A DNA stretch of 64,000 nucleotides from a virus (lineage: Duplodnaviria; Caudoviricetes): positions 96,001-160,000 of IMG/VR virus record IMGVR_UViG_3300031867_000002; one strand, given 5' to 3'. The first letter of the stretch is position 1. The number at the start of each line of letters is the position of its first letter. Of the stretch, positions 31,068 to 40,471 are shown piece by piece. A model generated the notes under the pieces. That model had not been told where the DNA came from. It did no database searches and was given only the letters and a program-made list of their open reading frames with translations. The translations under genes were made by a program, and so were the position numbers.

Positions 31068-31095
31068 AGGTTGGAGACATGTTAGTCTCCAACCT
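31068..31095 (-). terminator. Intrinsic terminator
   Basis: AGGTTGGAGAC-atgtta-GTCTCCAACCT. Confidence 0.7.
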
Positions 31096-31105
31096 AGTTA
31101 ACAAA

Positions 31106-32326
31106 TTAGTCATTGTTTCCATTGCTCATCTTTAACAGTAAAGAAGATGATGCTTTATATAAGTCTTCCCAGAGAGAAATATTATCGGCTGTCTGAGCAG
31201 GAATATGATTATTATTATTGATATAATATTTTCTAAAGACTATATCAACAAATTCAACTCCATACTCTTCTATAAATTCTCTCGGGTCACGTTTCCATCT
31301 GTAGAATCCGTCTTCTCCAATCTCTACAAGTGGACGTAACGTAACCAATAAAGTGAATATCATTGTTCTTGGAGAATAAGAAATTTTCTTCTCGCTATTA
31401 AACAATGTCTCACCAGGATTTATTGCGTCAAATCTTTGAGGTTTCTTGCCAGAGCCTCTCAGTAAAGAACCCCATTCAATATGAGCTTGTGCTGCATAAA
31501 TAGGCATGTTCTTTTCATACAATTCATAGCAATCGAATATATCAAGAATGATATTTCTCATTGCATAGTATGGATTTTGTATTGTTTTTCCATACTTCTT
31601 ATAAAGTGCAGTATAATGGTCTACTCTAGATTTTTTGGTATTAATACCTTTAGACTGGAATTCACCATCTTTATTCTTAAACTTACTCATATCAAACGTA
31701 TTGAGCATCTTAAGAATTTTTGCTATAGAAAGTTCTGCTTCAGCATTACCTTCATAGATAACTCTAAAAGCATAGGGTTGTCCTTCCCATACTTCTTTGA
31801 GCATTTCATATTCACCTCTGTGCTCTGCAATTGCTTCTGCTGATACTGAACGAGCAGTATTTCTTGCAATGCTTATGAGAAGTGCATATTTTCTTCTTGC
31901 ATCTTCATCGCCCCAATCAAACTCGATAGGAACATACATAACTCCCTTTGGAAGTTTATTAATATAATTCATGATGCAACGATATGTGTGTCCGCCATCT
32001 GCGATGCCTTCATAAGGGTCATTGCAGATTCTTATAGTCAGAGTATTTTTTTCTCTGTCTATCTTTACATCTTCACATATGATTACTAATCCTCTATTCA
32101 TCTCATGGAATAAAGGATTGAATTGAGATAATGATGTTTCGATAGCTTTAGTAACATCACTATCTACATGTGTCTTTCTAGGATTTACATCCTGCGGAAT
32201 GTCCTTAGGTAAAGAGGACAAGTCGAAGTATGCACGTGTAGTTAACATACCACATTTTTCGATTACTGGAGCAATGCTGCTTTCTCCATCTTTTCCTAAC
32301 ATAATGTCTTTGAATTCGATAATCAT
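31106..32326 (-). CDS. AIPR family protein, copy 2
   Basis: VNPR, F..MNRGLVIIC, GIADGGHTY, ISIARNT motifs. Confidence 0.8.
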   Translation of the reverse strand: MIIEFKDIMLGKDGESSIAPVIEKCGMLTTRAYFDLSSLPKDIPQDVNPRKTHVDSDVTKAIETSLSQFNPLFHEMNRGLVIICEDVKIDREKNTLTIRICNDPYEGIADGGHTYRCIMNYINKLPKGVMYVPIEFDWGDEDARRKYALLISIARNTARSVSAEAIAEHRGEYEMLKEVWEGQPYAFRVIYEGNAEAELSIAKILKMLNTFDMSKFKNKDGEFQSKGINTKKSRVDHYTALYKKYGKTIQNPYYAMRNIILDIFDCYELYEKNMPIYAAQAHIEWGSLLRGSGKKPQRFDAINPGETLFNSEKKISYSPRTMIFTLLVTLRPLVEIGEDGFYRWKRDPREFIEEYGVEFVDIVFRKYYINNNNHIPAQTADNISLWEDLYKASSSLLLKMSNGNND

Positions 32327-32403
32327 ATTATCAATTCCTTTCTTAAAAATTTTTATAATGTAATAGTATTTCTACTATTCATATCAATATTATATAATCG
32401 ATT

Positions 32404-32781
32404 TTAATTATACTCATCTATTCTGCCAAAAAAGTAAAATGGTCCATTATCATAAATATCATTAGATTCTTTGGGTCTATTTTCTTTTGGTATAATAGCT
32501 CTTAAACATCTATCTATTGTCTCTTCATCTGGCATTAAAAAGAACTTCTGGTTAGCAGCAGAAGCATATGCGTCTTGCCAAGTAATACCAGAATACATCA
32601 CATCCTTATATCTAGGCGATGTTTTAAATAAAATTTCTTTCACAATATTTATTGCTGTTGGTCCTCCAGTTTCAAAAATACGTTTGTCTACTTTTGAAAC
32701 TTTATCTACTATGTCTGCTATAGTAGCTATAAATGTTCCCTTTCTTTCAAAATAATTTTGATACTTGTCGATATAAATCAT
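32404..32781 (-). CDS. Hypothetical protein (125 aa)
   Basis: SD AAGGAG. Confidence 0.55.
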   Translation of the reverse strand: MIYIDKYQNYFERKGTFIATIADIVDKVSKVDKRIFETGGPTAINIVKEILFKTSPRYKDVMYSGITWQDAYASAANQKFFLMPDEETIDRCLRAIIPKENRPKESNDIYDNGPFYFFGRIDEYN

Positions 32782-32892
32782 ACTATCGACTCCTTTCTAA
32801 AATATATTTTTATACGGATTGCAATCCGTATTTACCATAATGTAGGTGATAGTGTAGAAATTAATCTACACTATCATGATAATTATATATAA

Positions 32893-33387
32893 TTAATCAT
32901 CAAATCTAGCACCATGCTTTACACGGTCTTTTTCTTCAGCTTTCTTTGCATCATTAAAAGTATCTAATGTGCCAGAAAGATATCCTGTTACACGTCTAAT
33001 TCTGTCAAACTTAATACCGTCTTCTTCTTTACGTCCACAATAAGGACAAGTATCGCCAATAACTCCAGTATATCCACATACAGGGTCTCTATCTACTGGA
33101 TGATTAATAGCACCATATCCTACGCCTTGGTCATGCATACATTTAACAATAGCTTCGATTGCCTTAACGTTAGACGCAGCATCGCCATCAATTTCAATAT
33201 ATGCGATATGACCTGCATTTGTAAGTTCATGGAAAGGCGCTTCTAGTCTAATCTTATCATATGCTGTAATATTATAATAAACTGGAATATGGTTACTATT
33301 AGTGAAATATTCTCTATCAGTAACACCTTCAATTACACCATACTTAGCTTTACACTTTCTTAATGCAGAACCACACAGACCTTCTGC
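32893..33387 (-). CDS. nrdD: Anaerobic ribonucleoside-triphosphate reductase, exon 2
   Basis: AEGL continues LATP of exon 1; YFTNS, AGHIAY, Zn site DPVC..CPYC, glycyl-radical motif RRVTGYL. Confidence 0.95.
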   Translation of the reverse strand, partial: AEGLCGSALRKCKAKYGVIEGVTDREYFTNSNHIPVYYNITAYDKIRLEAPFHELTNAGHIAYIEIDGDAASNVKAIEAIVKCMHDQGVGYGAINHPVDRDPVCGYTGVIGDTCPYCGRKEEDGIKFDRIRRVTGYLSGTLDTFNDAKKAEEKDRVKHGARFDD

Positions 33388-33659
33388 CAAAATTACACCC
33401 TAGCTTTCGCTATATTTTGTTAGTCATTTAAGACTGGGATTAGAGTACATCTACATCTTTTATTCTTTAAGAACATTCAGATGTTAGGCACTTCACATCA
33501 GGAATTTCACCTGAATGCTAACAACTTTTATAACTCGTATTCAGTTATTATTCGTTGATACTCGTTACACTTTCCTTTAATATCGTCATAATATATGAAT
33601 GTATTACATAATAATTCTATTGGAAATCCGTTATTTAAGATGCGTTTACTATGATTTGA

Positions 33660-34292
33660 CTATCTTATTATTGTAGTTTTATCTACATTAAGAAGTCTTG
33701 AAGCTGATGATATAGAACCATATAAATGAAATACAGCATTAGAATCAATAAAAATCACTTTAATAGATTGAGAATCATTGAATGCTTTATCGTTTACACA
33801 TAATCCATTATCAAAGGCATGTTGCATATTTTCACTATCAGTACACCATTCTAGATTTGTATAGTGATTATTTAGTTTATTTCCATCAATATGATTTACA
33901 TATGGTTTGTTTAACGGATTATCTATAAAAGCTGATGCTACTAATCTATGAACTCTTACATTTCTTCTAACACCAAAATCATCAGTAATTCCTACTAAAT
34001 GATATCCAAAGTTAATAAAACCTGTTAACTTTTCAAGAAATCCTCTTTTAAACAAATATACATCACCATTATCTGATATATAATATGATGAGTAATTAGG
34101 AATCCGAACAATTCTACCGTTTGAAAAATTTTCAAGTTTTCTAGAATTATAGTATTCTAAATCATCTTCGTCATAGATTCTATTTCCATTAGAATCTCTA
34201 TTGGAACCAATCCCATGTACTTGATTGTGAATCCAATATACAGTCTTTTTACTTGTTAAACCAGTAATATTCATATATTCTTTACTATTCAT
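33660..34292 (-). CDS. Intron-encoded HNH homing endonuclease (MerR-like HTH + NUMOD4-like + HNH), possibly truncated
   Basis: VHRLVA.AF, VNHIDGNKLNN...NLEW, ENMQHA; SD AAGGAG; frame stays open past the TAG to a TAA at 33528. Confidence 0.9.
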   Translation of the reverse strand: MNSKEYMNITGLTSKKTVYWIHNQVHGIGSNRDSNGNRIYDEDDLEYYNSRKLENFSNGRIVRIPNYSSYYISDNGDVYLFKRGFLEKLTGFINFGYHLVGITDDFGVRRNVRVHRLVASAFIDNPLNKPYVNHIDGNKLNNHYTNLEWCTDSENMQHAFDNGLCVNDKAFNDSQSIKVIFIDSNAVFHLYGSISSASRLLNVDKTTIIR

Positions 34293-34317
34293 ATATAAAT
34301 CACTCCTTTATAAGAAT

Positions 34318-34330
34318 TTATATATGAGTT
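34318..34330 (-). promoter_or_regulatory. Late-type promoter inside the intron, upstream of the HNH gene
   Basis: AACT-CATATA-TAA about 25 nt upstream of the HNH ATG. Confidence 0.6.
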
Positions 34331-34553
34331 AGTATGATATTAAAAGCTTAGCTCGGTATTTCCAGCTATCCATATTTCAGGACCTTAGGTTCTCTTAGGA
34401 GCGTATTCGTCTTTGGAGTATGATGGTATCGTCGACCATCAGTCTTATCTAGCTCTTACCGATAGCATAAAATCAATTGATTTTACACACCCTATATTTA
34501 TAGGTTCACCTACTTTTAACTGATATATTTCTATATCAGTGCCCACAGATTCT

Positions 34554-36473
34554 AGGCGTAGCTAATACAGAGAAATTAAGATGAGTTTCAGAAGCTACCT
34601 TATCTGTATACTCTCTCATATGTTTTACAATAGCATATCCCTTATCCCAATACTCTTGTCCTTCACCGTGATGATGACCATAAAGTGCAACTAATGCTTC
34701 TGCGAGTCCAACAAAACCAATAGAAAGAGAACCATGTTTAAGTACTTCTCCAACTTCATCTTCTGGACCAAGTTTTTCAGAATCAAGCCATACACCTTGT
34801 CCCATAAGGAAAGGAAGATTCTTTACCTTAAGATGAGACTGAATTTCAAATCTCTCTAAGAGTTGCTTCTTTACAAGCTCTAAGTATTTATCAAGAAGCT
34901 CATAGAATTTCTTTTCGTCATGATTAGCTTCAATAGCAAGCATAGGAAGATTAATTGTGGTGAAAGAAAGATTACCTCTAGAATGAGAAATCTCTCTCGT
35001 TGGGTCATAGACATTTCCGATAACTCTTGTGCGGCAACCCATAGTAGCTACTTCAGTTTCAGGATGTCCTGGTTTGTAATACTGAAGATTGAAAGGAGAG
35101 TCGAGGAATAAATAATTAGGAAACAGACGCTTACCAGTAACTCTATAAGATAACTGAAGTAAATCATAGTTTGGGTCTTCTGGATTATAGTTTACTCCTT
35201 CTTTTACCTTAAAGATTACAATTGGGAAGATACAAGTTTCACCATGTCCTAATCCAGCTTCCATAGCAAGAAGAAGATTCTTAATAACCATACGTCCTGC
35301 ATTAGAAGTATCTGTACCTAAGTTGATTGACGAGAATGGAAGTTGACCCCCAGCTCTAGCGTGAAGCGTATTAAGATTGTGAACGAAGCCTTCCATAGCC
35401 TGATAACACTCATGTTCTAAGTCTTTTTTAGTCATATCAATTATCTTATATAATTGCTCATCAAGGCAATCTCCAGTCTTTTCTTTATTGAAATACTGAT
35501 AGTCTTTTTTATCACAAAGTACAGACTCTATCAATTCATCTTCTTCATCAAAGATATTACTTATTCTTACATATTTGTATTCGTCATTATCTGTAAGAGT
35601 GGTTATATTTTTATTTTTGTGTATGATAAGGGTAAAATCATCTTTATTTAAAAGTCCAAACTCGATAGCCTTTTCTACATTACGTTTCCAAGCTTTTCTA
35701 AATGACTTATAAATACCTTGTGTCATAGAATAATCAAAGTTGGGAATAGATTGCCCACCATGACAATCCCCCTGGTCCGACTGGATTGCAATGGCAGCTA
35801 ATGTAGTATAAGAACTAATTGACTGCGGTTCTCTTACAAAACCATGACCTGGATTAAATCCACCCTTAGCAAGTTTCTTAAAATCAATTTGACAACAAGT
35901 CACAGTGAGTTTATAAAAGTCAAGGTCATGAATATGAATATAACCATCGATATGTGCTTTAGCAATATCTTTACTCATCATATTATTTAGATAATAATTC
36001 TTTGATACGTTAGAACCAACCTGCAACATAGTACCCATAGCTGTATTGCCATCAATATTAGCATTCTCACGTTTAGCATCACAATCTTTAGAATCACTCA
36101 TAAGTACATCAGAGATTGTTTTAGAGATACTATCTCTTGTACTACGAATTTCATCTCTCTTTCTACGATATAAGATATATGCTTTAGCAGTATCAGAAAA
36201 GCCATTCTTAATGAGAGTGCGTTCTACGATATCTTGAATAACGTTAATATCAATACTCTTAATTGAGGATGGATAATCAGTCTGTTTATCAAAGATATCT
36301 TTAATCTGAACAACGACATCAGATGTAAGTCTTTCAAGAACAAGATTACTGAAATCTTTAAGTTCCTCCTGTGTATGAGAAGCAATTACTGCTTTATGAA
36401 TAGCTTCTCTGATTCTGTCTGGTACAAAAGGTTCGACAGTACCGTTTCTCTTAATAACCATATAATTTTCCAT
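34554..36473 (-). CDS. nrdD: Anaerobic ribonucleoside-triphosphate reductase, exon 1 (with ATP cone)
   Basis: Start ATG 36473 after AAGGAGG; VIKRNG ATP cone, HIHDLD, TCC, GGQ, MGCRT, RGNLSF, ..LATP. Confidence 0.95.
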
Positions 36474-36474
36474 A

Positions 36475-36705
36475 TTAGTTTTCCTCCTTATCGATATACA
36501 AATCAATCCATGGACTAGACCATCCGTCATAAGTTCCATTTATCTCAGAAACTTTATAATTTTCATATTGTTTTAAGATTTCTTCTGTAGCTTTTGGGTA
36601 AATATTAAGATAATCTTCATGATTTGTACAAATACGTTCATTGTTTTCACAAAGTATAATACAATAATACCCTGTTAAACGTTTTAATACTTCTTTTAAC
36701 GTCAT
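36475..36705 (-). CDS. Small hypothetical protein
   Basis: SD AAGGAGG; ATGA overlap with upstream gene. Confidence 0.6.
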   Translation of the reverse strand: MTLKEVLKRLTGYYCIILCENNERICTNHEDYLNIYPKATEEILKQYENYKVSEINGTYDGWSSPWIDLYIDKEEN

Positions 36706-37247
36706 ATATCATTTTCCTCCTTATAATATGACTTCAAATTCAAGAAGTCCTTTTCATTCATTCCGTATTTGTGAGCATCTTTCCATCCAACAAGACTCTT
36801 CTCGAATACATCTACTTTATAGAGACTAGATGTAAGTTTATCAAGGTCCATTGGTGAACCGAGTAAGAGATTCAAAGATTCATTATACTGAGCTTTATAT
36901 CTACAGTATATTATATAGTAATGCTCATATTCTGGGTCTATTACCATGAAAGAACCTTCTGTAGAGAAATGCTTGGGTGATATACAATCAACAACTACAT
37001 CCTCTATATTAGGAATGGCTTCTTGAAGTGTTCTCTTTACAATCTCTTCTTTGTTATCCCCTCTACGAATCTCCAAGAAGTTATGAGTAAAGTCATCATA
37101 TAATACTGGGTCCGATGCCCATTTACTATAATGACCATAGAACTCGTCAAAGAGATTCACTACATAACGACATTCCCTTCTTTCAAGTGCCTCTATCATT
37201 GTAGATAAAGGCACTGTTCCATTAGGGTTAAATGTAAATATTTCCAT
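36702..37247 (-). CDS. Hypothetical protein (181 aa)
   Basis: SD AAGGAG. Confidence 0.6.
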   Translation of the reverse strand: MEIFTFNPNGTVPLSTMIEALERRECRYVVNLFDEFYGHYSKWASDPVLYDDFTHNFLEIRRGDNKEEIVKRTLQEAIPNIEDVVVDCISPKHFSTEGSFMVIDPEYEHYYIIYCRYKAQYNESLNLLLGSPMDLDKLTSSLYKVDVFEKSLVGWKDAHKYGMNEKDFLNLKSYYKEENDI

Positions 37248-37346
37248 ATCAATGCTCCTTTGTCATGATAAAATCATGACTCCTTTCTTATTTGGTTTAC
37301 TTCAATGTTATCTATTCGTTAAAACAAAAAATAAGGAAAAATAAAT

Positions 37347-37373
37347 GTCAGCGTACCCATAGAGTACGCTGAC
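37347..37373 (-). terminator. Intrinsic terminator
   Basis: GTCAGCGTAC-ccataga-GTACGCTGAC. Confidence 0.7.
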
Positions 37374-37403
37374 GCATTTTCTTGATAACTTATAATGCCT
37401 GTC

Positions 37404-37841
37404 TTAGACAGTATATTTTACAATTACTTCATCATCATTGATAGTAGTTTCAATCTTATTAATTATTGGATTAGTAGCAATAAGCTCTTCTAAAGTAATT
37501 ACATGTTTACTTGTAGAAGATACATCGAAGTAATTCGCACATGCAATTCCGTCTGATGTATATAATTCCCACTTTGTATCATCTGCTAAAGAAGCAATAA
37601 TTTCTTTAAATCTAGCTTTATACACAGGAGCATTAATAATTACATGAGTATATGAATCAATACCATCATATGCTCCAGAAATAGATACTACATCACTTTC
37701 ATCAATAATAGACATCTCATTATTAGATGGGGTTATATGAGTAGACGAATCTAATGTATTAATATATACATTCTTATCAGAGTCAATAACATATAACCCT
37801 ACATTTTTATCAATAATACTATGAAGTTCTTTAAATTTCAT
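37404..37841 (-). CDS. Hypothetical protein
   Basis: SD AAGGTGG; late-type promoter 37864-37876. Confidence 0.55.
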   Translation of the reverse strand: MKFKELHSIIDKNVGLYVIDSDKNVYINTLDSSTHITPSNNEMSIIDESDVVSISGAYDGIDSYTHVIINAPVYKARFKEIIASLADDTKWELYTSDGIACANYFDVSSTSKHVITLEELIATNPIINKIETTINDDEVIVKYTV

Positions 37842-37887
37842 AATATCAACCACCTTTCTATAATTACTATAAAGTTGATATAAACAA

Positions 37888-37918
37888 AAAATAAGCCAGC
37901 GTTTAACTGGCTTATTTT
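37888..37918 (-). terminator. Intrinsic terminator
   Basis: AAAATAAGCCAG-cgtttaa-CTGGCTTATTTT. Confidence 0.75.
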
Positions 37919-37945
37919 TATATTGTGCTTATACAGCAGAATGAT

Positions 37946-38395
37946 TTATTTTTCGATATGCTTCTGTTTTTCATACCATGCATCATTTGGAATAATCCAG
38001 AGTGCAGGCACTTCAAAATCTCCCATAGGGTCAGAACCAATAAAGGTGACTTTGGATTGCATAAGTTCTTCTGAAGTCACTGTAATACCATTGGGTGTCT
38101 TATATACATTTTCCTCTAAACTATACTCAAGATGAGCATAGTATGAGTCATCGCTTTTAACCATATCTTCATCATCAAGATATACGTTAAATCCATTGGG
38201 CATGAGCTTAAAGAGACCAAACTCCTTGAGTTCCTTGTAAGCCTTACCTGTGTTTTGAACATTCTTATTAATATAATCATGATATCTATCATGATTACAA
38301 GTTCCAACTTTTGGAATCATGCATGTTGAGCAATCTCTTGTTGTGTTAATACATACTTCATTTCCGTTTACCATAGTAATATTGTTGTCTTTCAT
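37946..38395 (-). CDS. Hypothetical protein (149 aa, CxxC..C.H)
   Basis: SD AGGAGG, early-type promoter 38451-38458. Confidence 0.6.
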   Translation of the reverse strand: MKDNNITMVNGNEVCINTTRDCSTCMIPKVGTCNHDRYHDYINKNVQNTGKAYKELKEFGLFKLMPNGFNVYLDDEDMVKSDDSYYAHLEYSLEENVYKTPNGITVTSEELMQSKVTFIGSDPMGDFEVPALWIIPNDAWYEKQKHIEK

Positions 38396-38473
38396 TATAA
38401 AGACCTCCTAAAATAAAATATTTGTGATAGGAACTGGTCCTATCACAAATATAGTATACAATTAATAAACAAA

Positions 38474-39253
38474 TTACACACAATACATTAATGGCTGATT
38501 TTTATTTGCGGCTCCAACATATGCTTCTTTAAGTTCTCCGATATAGTCTTCTCTTCTTCCAGCCCAGTTTTCAAGGAAAGATAATTTAAGGTCTACTCCA
38601 GCAAACACTGTTTCAAGTCCATCATAGTGTTGTAAGTATGCTACTAAGAAAGATGCTACATCTGTAGTAGCAAGATTCTCAAATACACCCATCATTGTAC
38701 CAGGTATAGTCATTAGATTAGCTGGATGACATACAAATACATCTAATGGAATACTACCAAGACCACCAGTAATATCACCATGAGTAACACTTTGTAAACG
38801 AATCATATTAGGCTCTTTAAAGTCAACAAAGATTGTATTATTAAAGATAGATGTCATATCGGCACGAGCCTGAAGCAGCATTACGTCATCCATACTATAG
38901 TTATTATATGCCGACATATAATCATAGTAACCTATCCCGCTTTGCTGAGCTAAACCACCATCTTCTTGACCATAAGTAGTCCAGTCTATATCTTTTACAC
39001 CTAAGATATCTTGACCACCAACTAATGCGTTATCAATTATGAAGTATCCATCTTTCTTCTTAGATTTATCATTAGTATCAATCTTAATTCTCACCATATG
39101 AGGAAAGTAACGACTGAATGTAAGTAATGTATCTGGAATAATAGTCTCTTCAACCCACTTATCTTTAGAAATATCGTCAGGAAGCATTAATGGCTTCGTA
39201 CCTAAACGACGTTCAATTTTATTAAGTAGGAGATTCATTTTATTAATAGGCAT
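38474..39253 (-). CDS. Hypothetical protein, possibly neck/head-completion structural protein
   Basis: Late-type promoter 39271-39283; KIERRLG N-terminus; function inferred only loosely. Confidence 0.45.
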   Translation of the reverse strand: MPINKMNLLLNKIERRLGTKPLMLPDDISKDKWVEETIIPDTLLTFSRYFPHMVRIKIDTNDKSKKKDGYFIIDNALVGGQDILGVKDIDWTTYGQEDGGLAQQSGIGYYDYMSAYNNYSMDDVMLLQARADMTSIFNNTIFVDFKEPNMIRLQSVTHGDITGGLGSIPLDVFVCHPANLMTIPGTMMGVFENLATTDVASFLVAYLQHYDGLETVFAGVDLKLSFLENWAGRREDYIGELKEAYVGAANKNQPLMYCV

Positions 39254-39307
39254 ACCAATCTCCTCCTTTCTTATCTAAATGTTTTCGTATATAAAAAACA
39301 AGGCGGC

Positions 39308-39871
39308 TTAAGAAGCAGCCTTGTTTACTTTATACACCTTAGAAGGTGTATTAATGGTGACAATATAATCACCTGTTTTAGATACTTCAAAAGATATGAA
39401 ATCTTTGAAGTATCTTTTCAAAGTATGTTTCAATCTTCTTTCTGGCTCTTTATCCATAGCTTTGTTATCAATGATTGACAGAGCCTGGTCAATCATGATA
39501 TCTTCGAAATCTTTTTGAGAGAAGTTATTATCAAGCTCTTCTTTTAAAAGATTTAATTTTATCTCCTCTTCTAACCTGAATAGATTTTCTTCAGGTTTGT
39601 ATTCATACCTCCTTACATTCAGAGGTTTGATAGAATAAAGACTAGCTTCTGTTGTAACATCAGCTTTGTCTTTGTAAAGATAAGTTGATAAAAACACCTC
39701 TCTTCTTGTTAATAGAAAATGAATAGCGGTGATTATATTATCAAAAATAGGAGATTTGTCTTCTCCATTTTCTTTATATATCACTTCAACTGCATCCATT
39801 TTAAAATTCTTGAGAGCATGAATTTCAAACTCGCTGCTCTCGATTGGGTTGTTTAAATTGTAATCTCTCAT
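39308..39871 (-). CDS. Hypothetical protein (187 aa)
   Basis: SD AAGGAGG, early-type promoter 39906-39913. Confidence 0.6.
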   Translation of the reverse strand: MRDYNLNNPIESSEFEIHALKNFKMDAVEVIYKENGEDKSPIFDNIITAIHFLLTRREVFLSTYLYKDKADVTTEASLYSIKPLNVRRYEYKPEENLFRLEEEIKLNLLKEELDNNFSQKDFEDIMIDQALSIIDNKAMDKEPERRLKHTLKRYFKDFISFEVSKTGDYIVTINTPSKVYKVNKAAS

Positions 39872-39926
39872 AATAAGAGACCTCCTTATTTTATATTCTA
39901 CTATAATAATATATAAACGAAAGAAA

Positions 39927-39950
39927 TCCAGGTGACATATGTCACCTGGA
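39927..39950 (-). terminator. Perfect 24-bp palindrome / terminator
   Basis: TCCAGGTGACATATGTCACCTGGA. Confidence 0.6.
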
Positions 39951-39956
39951 GATATA

Positions 39957-40268
39957 TTATAGTATTTGCATAATAGTAATTAGTAACTTATTATAACCTT
40001 CTTGTATTGCAAACTCTAATCTATATGCTTTTCCATATAGATATACAATTTGATTATCTGGTAATGACCTGATAGTATCCATATCAGTGTCAGAAAGATT
40101 GCTAATATCATATACTACACAGGTACCGTCGACACAAGTTTTAATATCGAAACTCATATCTTTGAGTAATGAGTATGCAATCATATTTTGGTCAATATAG
40201 TTTATAACGTAATCGACAAGGTCAACACCAGATATTTGTTTAGTAAAATTTAGGATATCATTGTACAT
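39957..40268 (-). CDS. Hypothetical protein (103 aa)
   Basis: SD GGAGG; TAATG overlap with upstream frame. Confidence 0.6.
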   Translation of the reverse strand: MYNDILNFTKQISGVDLVDYVINYIDQNMIAYSLLKDMSFDIKTCVDGTCVVYDISNLSDTDMDTIRSLPDNQIVYLYGKAYRLEFAIQEGYNKLLITIMQIL

Positions 40269-40471
40269 TATGGTATTAACCCTCCCTCTTCTAATACGTC
40301 TTCTACCGCATCAGCTTGAGCCTCTTTCTTACCTTCTTCACTTTGCATCTTCTCGAAGGCAATCATATATAAAACTTGAGACATAGCAACGGGCATCTCA
40401 TATAATTCCATAAGAGATACCCGTCCTTTATAGTAAGTACTCAATTGCTCAAGCTTTCTTATATCTTTTTC
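40268..40471 (-). CDS. Unlisted reading frame, probable -1 frameshift extension of the 583-aa protein
   Basis: EKDIRKLEQLSTYYKGRVSLMELYEMPVAMSQVLYMIAFEKMQSEEGKKEAQADAVEDVLEEGGLIP*; fills the gap; no good SD/start; TAATG-coupled to next gene. Confidence 0.6.
   Translation of the reverse strand, partial: EKDIRKLEQLSTYYKGRVSLMELYEMPVAMSQVLYMIAFEKMQSEEGKKEAQADAVEDVLEEGGLIP

Larger units (their letters stand above)
33388..34553 (-). mobile_element. Group I intron in nrdD (1166 nt)
   Basis: Interrupts the conserved TP|AE; 5' exon ends in U and intron ends in G; P1 GCCU/GGGC with U.G pair at the splice site; P10 UCUGU pairs with exon-2 GCAGA; P7 GAGUA/UACUC. Confidence 0.9.

Noticed and set aside
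34536-34553. nrdD as a truncated pseudogene ending RICGH
   Set aside because: Those codons are intron sequence; splicing restores TPAE
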